NCBI GenBank assembly: GCA_023334545.1
Contig: JAADVB010000028.1
Coordinates: forward strand, 1 to 64,000
Direction: 5' to 3'
DNA length: 64,000 nucleotides
Source: Salisapilia sapeloensis CBS 127946
Lineage: Eukaryota > Protista > Oomycota
This document shows, piece by piece, positions 1 through 11,660 of this stretch; position 1 is the first letter of the stretch, and every line of letters begins with the position of its first letter. The translations under genes were made by a program, and so were the position numbers. The notes under the pieces were generated by a model. The model saw only the letters and a program-made list of their open reading frames with translations, did not search any database and was not told the DNA's origin.

Positions 1-390
1 AGAACACTCGCTTATGCATACGATATAGTGGAAGAAGGTTATATGGAAGTGCTACGTTGGGTTTCCAATGGCAAGTGGAAAAGCAAAATCGGCAATTATG
101 AACGAACGTAGAGTTTGTCGATTCGATGATCATGGATATATGTACCAAATTTGAATCCCCATTGTTGCCGGATCGGTATTTATCGCGAACATGGTCTTGG
201 TGACTGCAAGTGCTATACATGTTGTTCGTAGCATATTCACTTCCCTTTTTAATATACTTTGCATAGAGATCAAACTCATGCTTATGCGTTAGCTGATCAA
301 ACTGGAAATAAGAGTGTGCATATCTTATTTAGACGAATACATTCAATAGCAACAAGATCGAGTTATTGTAATCAAGGCCATGTTGGATGA
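1..390 (+). CDS. Probable 3' end of a gene entering from upstream (unknown product)
   Basis: Frame 1 is open from 1-108 (RTLAYAYDIVEEGYMEVLRWVSNG...). A possible last exon follows tttgcatag at 266 and ends in TGA at 388-390. The exon join is uncertain. Confidence 0.25.
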
Positions 391-406
391 ACTACTAACT
401 GCATCT

Positions 407-1736
407 TTAGACAGACGGAGCTGTCTCATAGACTTGGAGTAAAGCGTCATCACCACCCGATACGAGCTTGGACCCAGATGAGTTGTAGGATACAGACCAC
501 ACCTGTGTCACAGCGTTAATACACTACCTAGAGTTACGCAAAGGAAGTCTATACCTGGTCTGTATGCGTTTCGAAGGTAGTTAAGCACTTGCGCATGCCA
601 AAGTCCCAAGTCTTGACACGACGGTCGGCACCACTACATACGAGCATTACAATCTTTTCTCGGCATATCAACCACTACATCACACACCCTGTCGCAAATT
701 GGTTTCCATCGGGAGATGCCGCAACGCTGAGGACCCACGATATATGGCCAGATAATGTCGCCACCGACTTTTGCTGTGACCTATGTTACGCGTACGTCGT
801 TATACACTGAAGTCTAGAACGATGTGTATAAGTTGCGTTCGTACGGATCGTAGACGGTAATGTGCATGTCGTCTGACGCAGCAAAGAGCTTTCCGTCCGA
901 GGCATACGCAATCGATCGCACCGGCTTCGTTCGATCTAGATACCACGGGATAAGAAGTGACATTCCGCTCGACACTACACTATACTGACCTTGATACGTC
1001 TGGACTTTAGAACCAGAATCCATGTCAAAGACACTGACAACGCCATCGTAGCTACTGCATGCTACGTGCTTTCCATCTGGGGACTATATATCATTATATA
1101 TGAAATGCACCATCGATCTCTTAAGTCTAGTAGACGTACGCAAGCGACACTGAGTATGAATTTTCCTGGCGTCTCAATCTCATGCACAAGTGTTTCGGAC
1201 TCGAGATCGAAAAAGTTGAGCTTGCCCTGCTGACTGCCTGTCACGGCGCGAGTCTCATCCGGACTGTACACGACTTGCCACAGTTCTCCTGGACCTCCAT
1301 CAATGACTTTATCAACGTTGCCGTTCTCTAGATTTAGTACACGCAGCTGGCTATCCATGGAACTAGTAAGAGCTTGTGTTCCTTTCTTGTTGGCGACGAC
1401 GGAGATCGTGCCCAGCACATGACCAGGGTACTGTTGGGACGTCGACAACGATCGATCATTCACATCCCTGGAGACAGGTATAAGTGTCTATAGGTTTGCT
1501 ATGAACTAATAGATGTAAGAGCGTACCACAGCTTGGCAACATCATCGACAGAGCCGGAAAGGAGCTGGTCCTTGCTTGTCCAGCACGTCGTCCAGATACT
1601 GTCCGTATGCGCATTGGGGAACTGAATTGAAGCACGGTGCTAAGGTTATAAGGTAGAGAAGCAATGAGTGTCTTTAATATATGAAAATGGAGTTTAAAAG
1701 CAGTGTCTAGAGCCATACAGAGGACGATGGAGCCAT
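407..1736 (-). CDS. WDR61: WD40-repeat protein WDR61/SKI8 (8 exons)
   Basis: Manual splicing of 7 GT-AG introns gives [25 protein letters not shown]...[13 protein letters not shown]...[30 protein letters not shown]...[29 protein letters not shown]. This matches the WDR61/Ski8 pattern. ATG at 1736, TAA at 407-409. Confidence 0.9.
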
Positions 1737-1859
1737 GGCTATCGCTTCGGTCGATGAGGTGTCTTGGTTATCGTCTTAAAATAGCTATTTTCGGAATAAC
1801 TTGTAAACTATTACAATAATAACCATATTAAAACACTTGAAGACGCCAGTAGCTTCGAC

Positions 1860-2948
1860 ATGCCTCGATGGAGGTCCATGCCGCTCTTACGGCCATTTAG
1901 CTGGAAGAATGTGTCTTATTCAAGTCAAGATCATAGGAAAAAGACACTAGTAAAGATTTAGAGCATTTTATAATGCATAAAACCACATGATGACATCTAT
2001 ATGCAGGATATTGCGATTCCAGAGAAACCATTCCCACGGAAACGACTGCCTACATGCATATTCGTGCATGGGGGCTCTTGGCAACGAGGCGACAAGGCTT
2101 CACCGTTGAATGAAGGTGTTGCACAAGCCTTTGCGGATGCTGGGTACTGTGGTGTGGCGATTAACTACCGTCTATCACCAGAGGTCATGCATCCAGATCA
2201 TGCGAACGACGTCGCTGAGTCCATTGCATGGCTCCACCAGAACATTACGCATGTATTATAGCCTAATCCTTTTGTTCTATAAGTACAATAGCTTATGCAC
2301 CCATGGACAGTATGGCGGAGACCCGGAACAGTTATTCTTAGTCGGACATAGTGCTGGTGCCCACTTAATGATGCACTTACTAGCTAATCCGACGTATTTG
2401 CAAAAGATGAGCATGCAAGATGACCTTAGCAAGTTCATCCAAGGCATTGTTGGTATTTCAGGCGTCTACAACGTCGTCCGACTAGCGAACACTGCGTTCT
2501 ACGGATCGTTAACAGTGCGTCAAAGCACATTCTCCTCGATCTACTGCGTATTGACGAAGAGAATAATGGCACTAGGTCTCGCCAGCGTTTGGGGATCGTA
2601 CGGATCGATGGCGAGAAGCTAGTATCACGACAGCAATTGCCAAGCAGGGAAGTGCATGTCCTCTTGCACAGACACCTATGCTTCTTTTGACCGCCGAGAG
2701 CGACTTTCATTTTGAACAAGATGCAAAAGAGCTGGAAGAATGGGTCGAAAAAGCTGGCAATGTACGTCGGATGCAATAGTAGTACTCGTCCACCTCTGAC
2801 GAATATGAATATAAACTAGACAAAGGTGTATCGGGAAAGTATCCAGGATACTAACCACTTTAGCATCGTCGCGAATCTAGCTACAGGCATGGATGGAGAC
2901 GTCATGAAACGTGTGCTCGACTTTATTCAGCACATTCAACAAGTGTGA
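1860..2948 (+). CDS. Alpha/beta hydrolase (kynurenine formamidase / isoprenylcysteine methylesterase-like, HSL-type)
   Basis: Spliced product contains NVSY..QDHRKKTLDI, FVHGGSWQRGDK, AINYRLSP, nucleophile motif GHSAG, GISGVY and TNHFS. It has 4 short GT-AG introns. ATG at 1860, TGA at 2946-2948. Confidence 0.85.
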
Positions 2949-3036
2949 ACAAGCTTAGAAAGTAAGAAAGGAAAAGAGTTCGAGGTAGATTCAGCTTTCA
3001 AGTCATATTGACGACAATCCATTGCCTTGTTTGCTC

Positions 3037-3405
3037 TCATACCTGCTTGCGGTCGGTGAATGCTCGCATGATGGAGCCCTGACCGGCTTTTGCAGTGAGT
3101 TTCTGGTGCCAATCTAATACAGTGGCACTTTGGGCAGGACTACCAGTGAATCTGGCGACGTACTTCATTAGAGTATCCTCTAGATCAGGTGTCAACGAGT
3201 CAATGACACGCTGCATCTCGCCCTTGTTGCAAGCGAGCATTGCTTGTAGGACCGTCTGAGCGTTCTTGTCTTTCGTCGCGTCGTTCTTGGAGAGAATAGG
3301 TGGGTCTCGGAGGGATGCCTTGACAGCATCCTCATTCTTGCGATCAGCTAGCAGCGCTTTGACTTCGGAAGCACGCGCATCGACCTTGCTCTCGTCGTCG
3401 GCCAT
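3037..3405 (-). CDS. ARPC5: Arp2/3 complex subunit 5 (p16-Arc)
   Basis: Single-exon 122-aa ORF with DTLMKYV, VLDWHQKLTAKAGQGSIMRAFTDRKQV, the characteristic ARPC5 C-terminus. Confidence 0.9.
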   Translation of the reverse strand: MADDESKVDARASEVKALLADRKNEDAVKASLRDPPILSKNDATKDKNAQTVLQAMLACNKGEMQRVIDSLTPDLEDTLMKYVARFTGSPAQSATVLDWHQKLTAKAGQGSIMRAFTDRKQV

Positions 3406-3767
3406 TTTCTCTAGATTTCTCTTCGTGGCATTGTGTCCCGTTTAATTAGGTGATTTAGCTGGAGTATATTGAAGATACTTGTCTACTAGTTGTATCTCGA
3501 CTATGATACGTTCATAGTCTATAAAGAATAAACATTTGTGCTGAGTATGAAGCCTCTATCATGGTTGTGTGGTTACGCTGGTTGAGATACTGTATGTTGT
3601 ATTAAATATGTCATCAAAGATCGAAATTGGATGGATACTCACGCTCTAGATGTCCATGCGAGATGCTGTGCTGGATAGCTAATCAGTGCTGTAGATACTC
3701 TCAGCTTCTTCTACCATACAAGAAAGTGTGGTGAAGGATTGATGGACCAATTCTGACTGTAGCAGAG

Positions 3768-4334
3768 ATGAAGGCACGTCGTAAAGAAAATACTGCGATG
3801 GACACCGCAGCCAGCTTACCACGGGTGGCTAATGCCGACAGTGATGTACTTGACAGCTCTTGCTTCACAATTGAGGCAGGAGTCAACGTCAGTAACTTGA
3901 CACGCAGGATACCGATCTCGTCAGTCGGATTGAAAAGTGGCGGTGATCGGCATGATGCTGAGATAGAACGCTTGACCGTAGCATTGGTCTGGATAGCCAC
4001 TATCCTGTTCATCACCCTCTTAATCCTCTGCGTCTGCATGATCAAAATGAGACAACATCGCGAGAATAAAGAGCTCCCAGACTCCCAGTGGGATATAAAT
4101 ACGATTTCAGCACTACAGCAACAATCTACAGATCCATCGACGTCCTGGAATGACAGAGAGCAACCTCGTTCAGAGTATTCAAGCGACGATCGCTTCAGCA
4201 TTTACCTGCTGAGTATAAAAGAGTCTTCATCCGTAGCAAGCCCGCAGATGCCACAAGAGAAGTCAATATCACCACATACACCCAGTCATAGCAGCATTCT
4301 GGATTCTCCTAGAAGCGACAGTACGTGGATGTAG
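3768..4334 (+). CDS. Single-pass membrane protein of unknown function
   Basis: 188-aa ORF with one hydrophobic stretch (LTVALVWIATILFITLLILCVCMI) followed by basic residues and a Ser-rich tail. Upstream exons are possible. Confidence 0.55.
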   Translation: MKARRKENTAMDTAASLPRVANADSDVLDSSCFTIEAGVNVSNLTRRIPISSVGLKSGGDRHDAEIERLTVALVWIATILFITLLILCVCMIKMRQHRENKELPDSQWDINTISALQQQSTDPSTSWNDREQPRSEYSSDDRFSIYLLSIKESSSVASPQMPQEKSISPHTPSHSSILDSPRSDSTWM

Positions 4335-4454
4335 TAGAGTACCTCTACTCTCTACAACAACTGAGACACGAGTCTCAAGGCAGTACGACGCTAACATCGA
4401 ATGCAGCATTTGAATAGCAGAATCTCTATTGCGTTCTAACATTTCATCTCTAGC

Positions 4455-6023
4455 CTATATGAGTCGGAAAGCACATGCGATGGCCTCTTCCATGATCGCT
4501 TCCGATAGCTCATTGTCCGGTTGGAGTTGCTGTAGTCGATATGCCGCACGATAAGCTTCTGCATTCTCCTCTTTTTCTAACGCGCATAACGCTAGTCCAC
4601 TAAGTGCATCAAGTAGATCAGGCTTGGACTCGAGTGCCGTGCGGAAGGCTTCGAGACTCTGCTGGTAGCGTCGAGCGCGAAACTCTAGGATACCAATCTT
4701 ACTCCAAGCGTACGCGTAGTCCGGATAGTCGTTCACGATCTCCCGGAACATGTTCAGTGCTTCAGCATCACGTTCACTATCGACCTGGAGCGTCGGACTC
4801 ATCGCATCCAACGCAACTTTAAAGCGAGCCTGTGCATCTTCCCCGCACTGAGCCATCCACGCACCTTCGAGCGAAGCCAATGCGAGCTGCTTGACGGTCT
4901 TGTCATCACTATCGAGATACGACACGAGCGTGTCTTCATCTGCGAATTGAAGATCGAGTATAGACGGAAGGCTCTTGTTCTCCTTCTTTACAGGCCGAAT
5001 AAGTACTGCAGCCGAGTGCTCGTCATCTGGAAATTTGGATGCGAGAGCATACGACGGAACGTAGTGGCCGTCACAATACTCATCAAAGTAGATGTGGGCA
5101 AAGTGACTGACAAAGCTCTACAGTGACATGTGAATGATTTGGTATGAGGTGAAGGAAAGTTGACGGAGAATGGTGCATACGTCTGGTTGTTGGCAGAGCT
5201 GCATTTCTGATTCCTTTACGTTCGAATACATTGCGACGTTTCTAATAGCAAACAAGTATGATTGTGACGATTGCGATGTATATAGTGCAGGAAGCGTACT
5301 GGTCACTGGTGGAGTGAGGGAGGATGGTGTAAACGACGTCACTGTCTGCTTCGTCCTCAAACGTCCAGCTGCAAATGACGCCTGATGTGCCATTTTCGAC
5401 TTGCACGATATCACCCACAGAAAATTTGACATCCTCTGTACGAGCCTATCGATATCACTACAGTTAGCATGTTCATAGACTACTTGTAGAATGATGATAG
5501 ACATGCCTGAGGTTTGTATACTTGCTCCTCCTTGAGCTCTTCTATGCTGCTGTTGTGGTCGTCAAGATCCCGGAGTATATCGAACGCTAGTCATACAAAC
5601 TGATTCTGACTAAAGGCAATAAAAAGAACTTGATGCACTCCATACCTGCATCAATTCGTCCGTCTAATGCCTCTTTGCTATCACTATCTAATGGTCGTCG
5701 AAACTGCGTTCGCACGAGCATGGCGTATCTATCTTGTGCATTTCCTGGGTACGGCCAAGCCTTCGCATCTTCCAGCTGATCTCGAAACCGTTTTTCTCGG
5801 TTCCACTTGTCTCTAAACACGAGCTTCCGATGCTTCGTGTCACCAAGCCCAGCTGACCGCAGAGCTGTCTTAATCGTATGGCCAGCATCTACATCTCGTT
5901 GTAATTGTTTGCTAGAATGGAGGAGCAATCTAATACACCAAGATAGAGTAAGTATTAGGAAGAATCGAGGTATATTCCGTAGCTCATGTACTTGTATAGC
6001 GTCGGCACGAGTCCAGTGACCAT
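4455..6023 (-). CDS. LYR-like + YccV/HspQ-like + TPR protein (multi-exon)
   Basis: Spliced product reads MVTGLVPTLYKLLLHSSK...VRTQFRR (LYR-like), then VKFSVGDIVQVENGTSGVICSW...HIYFDEYCDGHYVPS...KFPDD (YccV-like), then AWSKIGILEF...SLEAFRTALESKPD (TPR). ATG at 6023, TAG at 4455-4457. Confidence 0.7.
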
Positions 6024-6101
6024 ATTCGCACTTGGTGTCCACTTTAGTGTGTCTTGTATATTTTATCCAAGTGTAATTGAACGCAGAGATCATATCACAC
6101 G

Positions 6102-7707
6102 ATGACGAGTATGGAGCAAGAAGGAGAGCTCGTAGGCTTTGATGTGGAGGCGTATGCTGCAAAATATGGTGGTCGCAACCGTGTCAATCGACTCCAATTC
6201 ATTTCTCAACATGCACCATCTCTTCGAAACGATGCCTTGCAGATCTTGCGACGGAATCTCCGCGAGAGCATGAATATGGATCTGTATGAAGAGATTTTAA
6301 AGCAAACGTCTTCCAATCCAGAGGCCGCAATGACTGAAGAGAGTGCTCATATGCAGACAGTCCGTCGGAATGCCAAGCAACAGTATGAACGTCTGGAACA
6401 GGAAGTGGAGTCGTATAAATCTTCTATGATTAAAGAAAGCATTCGGGTAGAGTCTTGTATCTATGCTTATAGCAACTCATCAGCTGATGCTACTTGTGTC
6501 TTTAGATGGGTCATAACGACTTGGGACGATTCTACTATGAGATTGGGGATCTACAATCAGCTCTAAAGAGCTATGCCCAGACGAGAGACTACTGCACGTC
6601 GGATCGTCATATCATTGAAATGTGTCTAAATGTCGTTCGAGTACGTCTTCTAGTGCTTCTATACAGAGAATCCAGACTAACGAGTGCAATTCTACTGCCA
6701 GGTTGGACTGCATTTAGGCAATTACTCCCATGTCGTGAACTATCTGAATAAACTCGAGCAGGTTTCGAGAAACCAGAACGACACGCGGTATTTGTACTCT
6801 TTCTACTTGATATATAGAAAATCTAAAGATGCGGATGGGATAGAGGCCAGGATCCGATGTTGACGACGAAGATGTCGGCTGCATTTGGACTCGTGATGCT
6901 TCACGACAAAAAGTATCATGCTGCCGCTGGAAAATTTGCCGAGTGCAACGTCGAGATCGGATCGACGTACAATGAAGTCGTGCATGCTGAGGACATTGCT
7001 CTCTACGGCGGCATCTGTGCATTAGCTAGTTTCAACCGAGATGAGCTCAAGGACAAGGTACGACACGAGTACAATCCTCTGCGGTCTATCTCTTCACAAA
7101 TTATTCTCTAGGTCATCCAGAATGCGTCGTTCAAGATGTTCTTGGAGCTCCTGCCATGGCTTCGAGAATTGATTACAGACTTTTACTCTGGTGACTACGC
7201 GACTTGCCTCCAGACGCTTGAAAAGTACAAGGTAGGGAGGATATATACGCATGAGACGAAAGTAGACTGATGGATAGATATGATTCTAGCCTGAGCTTAT
7301 GCTCGACATATACTTGAGGGATCACGTCGAGACATTGAGTTGTAAGATTCGTCAACGAGCGATTGTCCAGTACTTTTCACCGTATGCATCCGTCGACCTT
7401 CGTAAGATGGCTGCAATCTTCCAGACGTCCACAGATCAGTTGGAAGATGAAGTTTGCGAACTCATCGGTAGTAACAAGCTCGCTGCTAGACTCGACAGCT
7501 ATCAAAAGGTATGCACATCATCTCATTTGTCCTCGTATGAACGTTGTGATTCATCCGATGCGATAGGTCTTGTACGCTTATGAGCCAGATAGACGCACTG
7601 TAGCGTATCAAGAGGCATTTGAGATGGGGCAGAGCTATATGGCCGAATCTAGAAACCTTCTCTTGCGCATGAGTTTGATGAAGAATGGTCTTATCATTCG
7701 TGAATGA
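6102..7707 (+). CDS. CSN1: COP9 signalosome subunit 1 (PCI domain; 7 exons)
   Basis: [70 protein letters not shown] and [10 protein letters not shown] are all CSN1/GPS1 hallmarks. Six GT-AG introns. TGA at 7705-7707. Confidence 0.92.
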
Positions 7708-7834
7708 AGTAGATGTAAGTTCATCAACATGACTTTCCTTGCAAATAAAACGCTAGTAGTTTTACATTCCTACGTCTTGAGCTATTTATATTCGCTACCC
7801 ACATGTCCTTGTATTCATCACGAGCGATACTAAG

Positions 7835-10076
7835 ATGGGTGTGTCTGTGACAGCATCTGAGCGATCTCTTAGTAACGTCCAGCAAGAGCTATCGACACAT
7901 GCAAGTGCTTCGAGAGCGATCTTGACGCACCTTTGCCAGCGACTGAGTCAGCTTGAAAATGCTGTCCAAGGAATGCGCTTTGAGATGAAGAACTTGCGAT
8001 CAGACACGTCGGAGCAGGCGGAAGGAGTGAAGCAAGATGTTGTCCAAGTGAAATCACGAATGGAAAGTATGTCAACGCAATTGGATGACTATGGAAGTGT
8101 TATGGACTTGTTCCAGACAGAAATAAAGAGCCATAAATCGGATATATCGTGGATATCCACGTCCATCAAGGAAGATCATCAGCGTGTGAACAAGGTCATG
8201 ACGGTAGGATGCATCCATACATGTCTGGCCTCGATAACTGATTAATTTACTTAAATAGAAAGTGGATAGCCAGCATGACTTAATGCAGACGAAATTCTTG
8301 GAACTCAAGTCTGAAATGCAAGCGAACTCGAAAGTAGTGATGTCAATTCAAGAAGCACAAGAGATGATGAAGAAAGAGCTTGATGCCATAAGTGTTCCTC
8401 GCGAAGAATATACGCTGCATACAGACATGAGCAAGTTACCGCTGGAAAAGCATATTCACAGGTTTGAGACAGGAAGTAGAAGATCAGAGTACTTGTCTGG
8501 TCCATTTACTGACCTGCAGCCTTTCACGGTGCCGGATGATATGCGAGAGAAGATGGAAAAGCGCATTCGATCTCAGAATAAGCAAAAGCGCAATAACGAG
8601 GAGAGAGCAGCTACGAAGGAATTGGAAGATGCTTACCGGCGCATCTTGCTGACAAGCTCTGACGTTCGGCTAAGCGAACTTCGGCTGCAGATGGATCGAT
8701 GCCAGCAAGAAGTACAACGTGCATTTCAGTACATTCGGACGTCTAATCTCCAGCTCTACTCCTGTTGTGAAACTAAAGTAGAGAAAGCGGATGTATCGAC
8801 GTTGCAATCAGAGATGAAGCTACTTCGGAATCGACTACGAGATGTGGAGACAACTGCACGCTTTTATCGAGGATCGAATCAAGTTCAAAATGACGGTAGT
8901 GCTGTGAAAGAAGATGTCTCTCTTGGCATCACAAGTAGTGGTCAGGCCCAGACTTCGCCGACCAAACATTGGAGTGGAAATGTTCTGGTTGAAATGCCAC
9001 CAACCGACTTTATGGGACTCACATCAAATCAAGTACCTGGTCTTCGAGTATCTTTACTAGAGTTATCGAAGAACCTATCACTAGCTCAACGCAGGTGGAA
9101 GCAGAAGCATACGGATGGGAAGAATCCATTCGTACACGCGCATGTCAAGAAGTTAATATCTATGATCAATAATGCTTATAAAGCAGCGATTGAGAATCCT
9201 GTGGACTTGCAGAAACTGTCCATGCTGAGCTATAATGTTGCTCGTGTACTTAGCTCGGACTTTTCTGCCCAAGTTTTGGCTGGCATGGGTGGGAGGACAG
9301 AAGACTTTCTTTCCCATCTAAGTACTTATGCTGCAAGTGGAACAATCAGCTCTTTATGTGACTACGCTGCGAAATTCGGTGAGCTAGTAACCAAGCAAGA
9401 AGAGGCAGAGGATAAGATCTCCAAGCTTTCAGTGCAAGAAGATCGAGGTGTCCAGAAGTTAGTACAAGATGTCTCTGAACTAGACAAGAAGCATCGTGAT
9501 CTAGAGCTTTTGGTGCATCATATTAGTCTAACATCGGCGACTCCGATGACACCACTACTAACAAGCACGCCGACCGCAGAAGACCCAAAGGAAGCCTTTT
9601 CAACTGCACCGGAAGAGAAACCTACAATGTGCAGCGTGTCAGACCACGCCTTAGGTGAAATTACTCGAAAGTTGGAAACTTTGCAGAAGCAGCTTGCATC
9701 CATGAAGACAGAGTATGTGACGCAAGCTTCTCTTTCTAAACTGATATACTGCTTGGAGCCTCGACCACAATCTCTCCTAGGTCAGTTGGACCCAATTGTC
9801 GGTCATCGATTCACATCCGTCGCCAAGGCCGAGACACCAACGAGACGTCTTCGTAGCTCAAAGAAAAATGTACGTACTGGTTTAAACGAGAAAGAAGGCA
9901 GTCGCAAAGCACCGTTAGAACCGCTAAAGATCCATCAGATACGCAAAGACTCTCTTCAAATGGCAAGGACGGAGGGATCGGAAAGAGTTCAAGACGATCA
10001 AATCTTCATGACACCAGCAATGGTCAAAGTCCAGATCAGTTCCTCGAGCTCACCACCGCCTGATACAACGCTCTAG
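7835..10076 (+). CDS. Long coiled-coil protein of unknown function (2 exons)
   Basis: A 136-aa and a 604-aa ORF are joined in frame by a gtagga...aatag intron near 8204-8258. The protein is rich in heptads and has no recognised catalytic motif. Confidence 0.7.
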
Positions 10077-10193
10077 CTACCCTTTAGACAGTGTTTTGCA
10101 AGCATCGAATCTAAGATAAACTTGGTAGACATGTAGAATTGTATTACGTGTTATGTACTTGAAACGCTTTATGATGGTCTAACGCCAGGTGCT

Positions 10194-11405
10194 TTATGGA
10201 AGCGGCTCCGAGGCGTCTCCAACACGCTTTAGATGCAAGTACGCATCTGTGCCGTAACCTTCCATGGAGATGACCTGAAGGTCACCGCCAAAGTATCGGG
10301 CAAAGAGGCGACTAATCGGCAGTCCGTAGCCGAGGCCAGCCAAAGGTGAGTCTCCACCAAAATCATTCGGGGCTTCCAGTCGCTCGAATGCTTCCGAATC
10401 GGCCGTCGTGTACAAGTATGACCAGATACGAGGGATGGAAGATCGAGGAATACCTCCGCCTTCATCGGAGATTTTAATAGACACATCTTCATTGTCTTCG
10501 CCGTCCGCGATGACGATTTTGACAGGAGGCATAGGATTATCCACGCCATGGTATTCCACAACGGCACGTAATGAGTTTTTAATCACTTCGAACAGCATGT
10601 GATGCAAATGAGATGGTACAAATGGCATAGTAAACTCCGTATGACCATGCAGCTCCACTTCTGGCGCATCGCCGTACTGACGTGTGCACATATGCCTTGC
10701 TGTATCAACCGCAGCCAGTGCGATCTCCGCAGGTGACGTCGTTTCACAGATGACGCCTACCCAGCCTGGCTCGTGCTCATGTAGCGCCAAGTGCTGGCTC
10801 ATGAGCGTTCGAATGCCAATACGTGACATGTAGAAGGCATCCAGGAATCCATGCAAGTCCGACAAGTCGGCAAACTCTTGCGATTGCAAATACTTTTCTC
10901 CAAGCGCCTTGTCCTGGAGGGAGCTCATACCGGCATTGGCTTTCCGCTCAGCAAACTGATGAAAGAGCTGTAGCTTCAGCTCATGCACCCCCTTGGCCAT
11001 CGTATACAACGTTCCATTATGACGTGACTTGATGGACTCAATGAGCGATCGGAACTGGAGTTCATCGTCAAAGTTTTGAATTTTAGGAAACGCCAAGAGC
11101 TCTTCGACGGACTTGACGTACCAGTCACGTACGAGCTGTACAGACGGCATGGAGCTCAGTCCATGGGGAAGATCTTCCAAGTTCTTGACACGATGTGCGT
11201 AGCGTGCAGGCAGCTCAAAATGCAAGAACCGAGCGCTCTGGATGAGTCGATCTTTAGTACAGTTTGTACCGAAGGCAAGCAGATCTTGGAGTGAAACGCC
11301 AGTCTGCGGTCGCTGTGCGAGCGTATACACTTGTTTCATCGTATTCGAAACTGGCTTGCGACGCGAAGCCTTGGCGACGGAAGAGACCCAGCGTCCGTTG
11401 GCCAT
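10194..11405 (-). CDS. PDK: Mitochondrial pyruvate dehydrogenase kinase (PDK/BCKDK family)
   Basis: Intronless 403 aa with FLHFELPARYAHRV, FLDAFYMSRIGIR, LFEVIKNSLRA, ISDEGGGIP and AGLGYGLPISRLFARYFGGDL. Confidence 0.95.
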   Translation of the reverse strand: MANGRWVSSVAKASRRKPVSNTMKQVYTLAQRPQTGVSLQDLLAFGTNCTKDRLIQSARFLHFELPARYAHRVKNLEDLPHGLSSMPSVQLVRDWYVKSVEELLAFPKIQNFDDELQFRSLIESIKSRHNGTLYTMAKGVHELKLQLFHQFAERKANAGMSSLQDKALGEKYLQSQEFADLSDLHGFLDAFYMSRIGIRTLMSQHLALHEHEPGWVGVICETTSPAEIALAAVDTARHMCTRQYGDAPEVELHGHTEFTMPFVPSHLHHMLFEVIKNSLRAVVEYHGVDNPMPPVKIVIADGEDNEDVSIKISDEGGGIPRSSIPRIWSYLYTTADSEAFERLEAPNDFGGDSPLAGLGYGLPISRLFARYFGGDLQVISMEGYGTDAYLHLKRVGDASEPLP

Positions 11406-11411
11406 TTCGGA

Positions 11412-11427
11412 GCAAATTGCAAACTGA
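11412..11427 (-). promoter_or_regulatory. INR/FPR-type core promoter motif upstream of PDK
   Basis: The minus strand reads TCAGTTTGCAATTTGC, ending 6 nt before the ATG. It fits the oomycete INR(+3 nt)FPR arrangement. Inference from consensus similarity only. Confidence 0.55.
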
Positions 11428-11660
11428 CCAACGTGGAAAAGACGAGATCTTGCGTTTTGTATGCGAATACCCGATGGTTTCGGTTGAAGTTGTAATGTTC
11501 TTGTGGTGCGGGCGCGTCATGGACTGAAGTACAACTTTTTCTTTATTTATGTTTATAAAGTGCTTGGGTAGATACTTTGATTGATCTAGATGGCAACGAG
11601 TTGTAGGCTTTTGCTATACGTGCTCATTTTGTGCGGTATAACCTAGTATGAGATATGGCT

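Noticed and set aside
3701-4201. 166-aa minus-strand ORF overlapping the single-pass membrane gene
   Set aside because: It is the antisense complement of the plus-strand ORF, which has the coherent TM topology.
6024-6162. Apparent overlap or 8-bp spacing between the minus-strand ORF (ATG 6093 or 6162) and CSN1
   Set aside because: A better spliced start at 6023 in another frame yields the LYR-like motif, giving a 78-bp gap.
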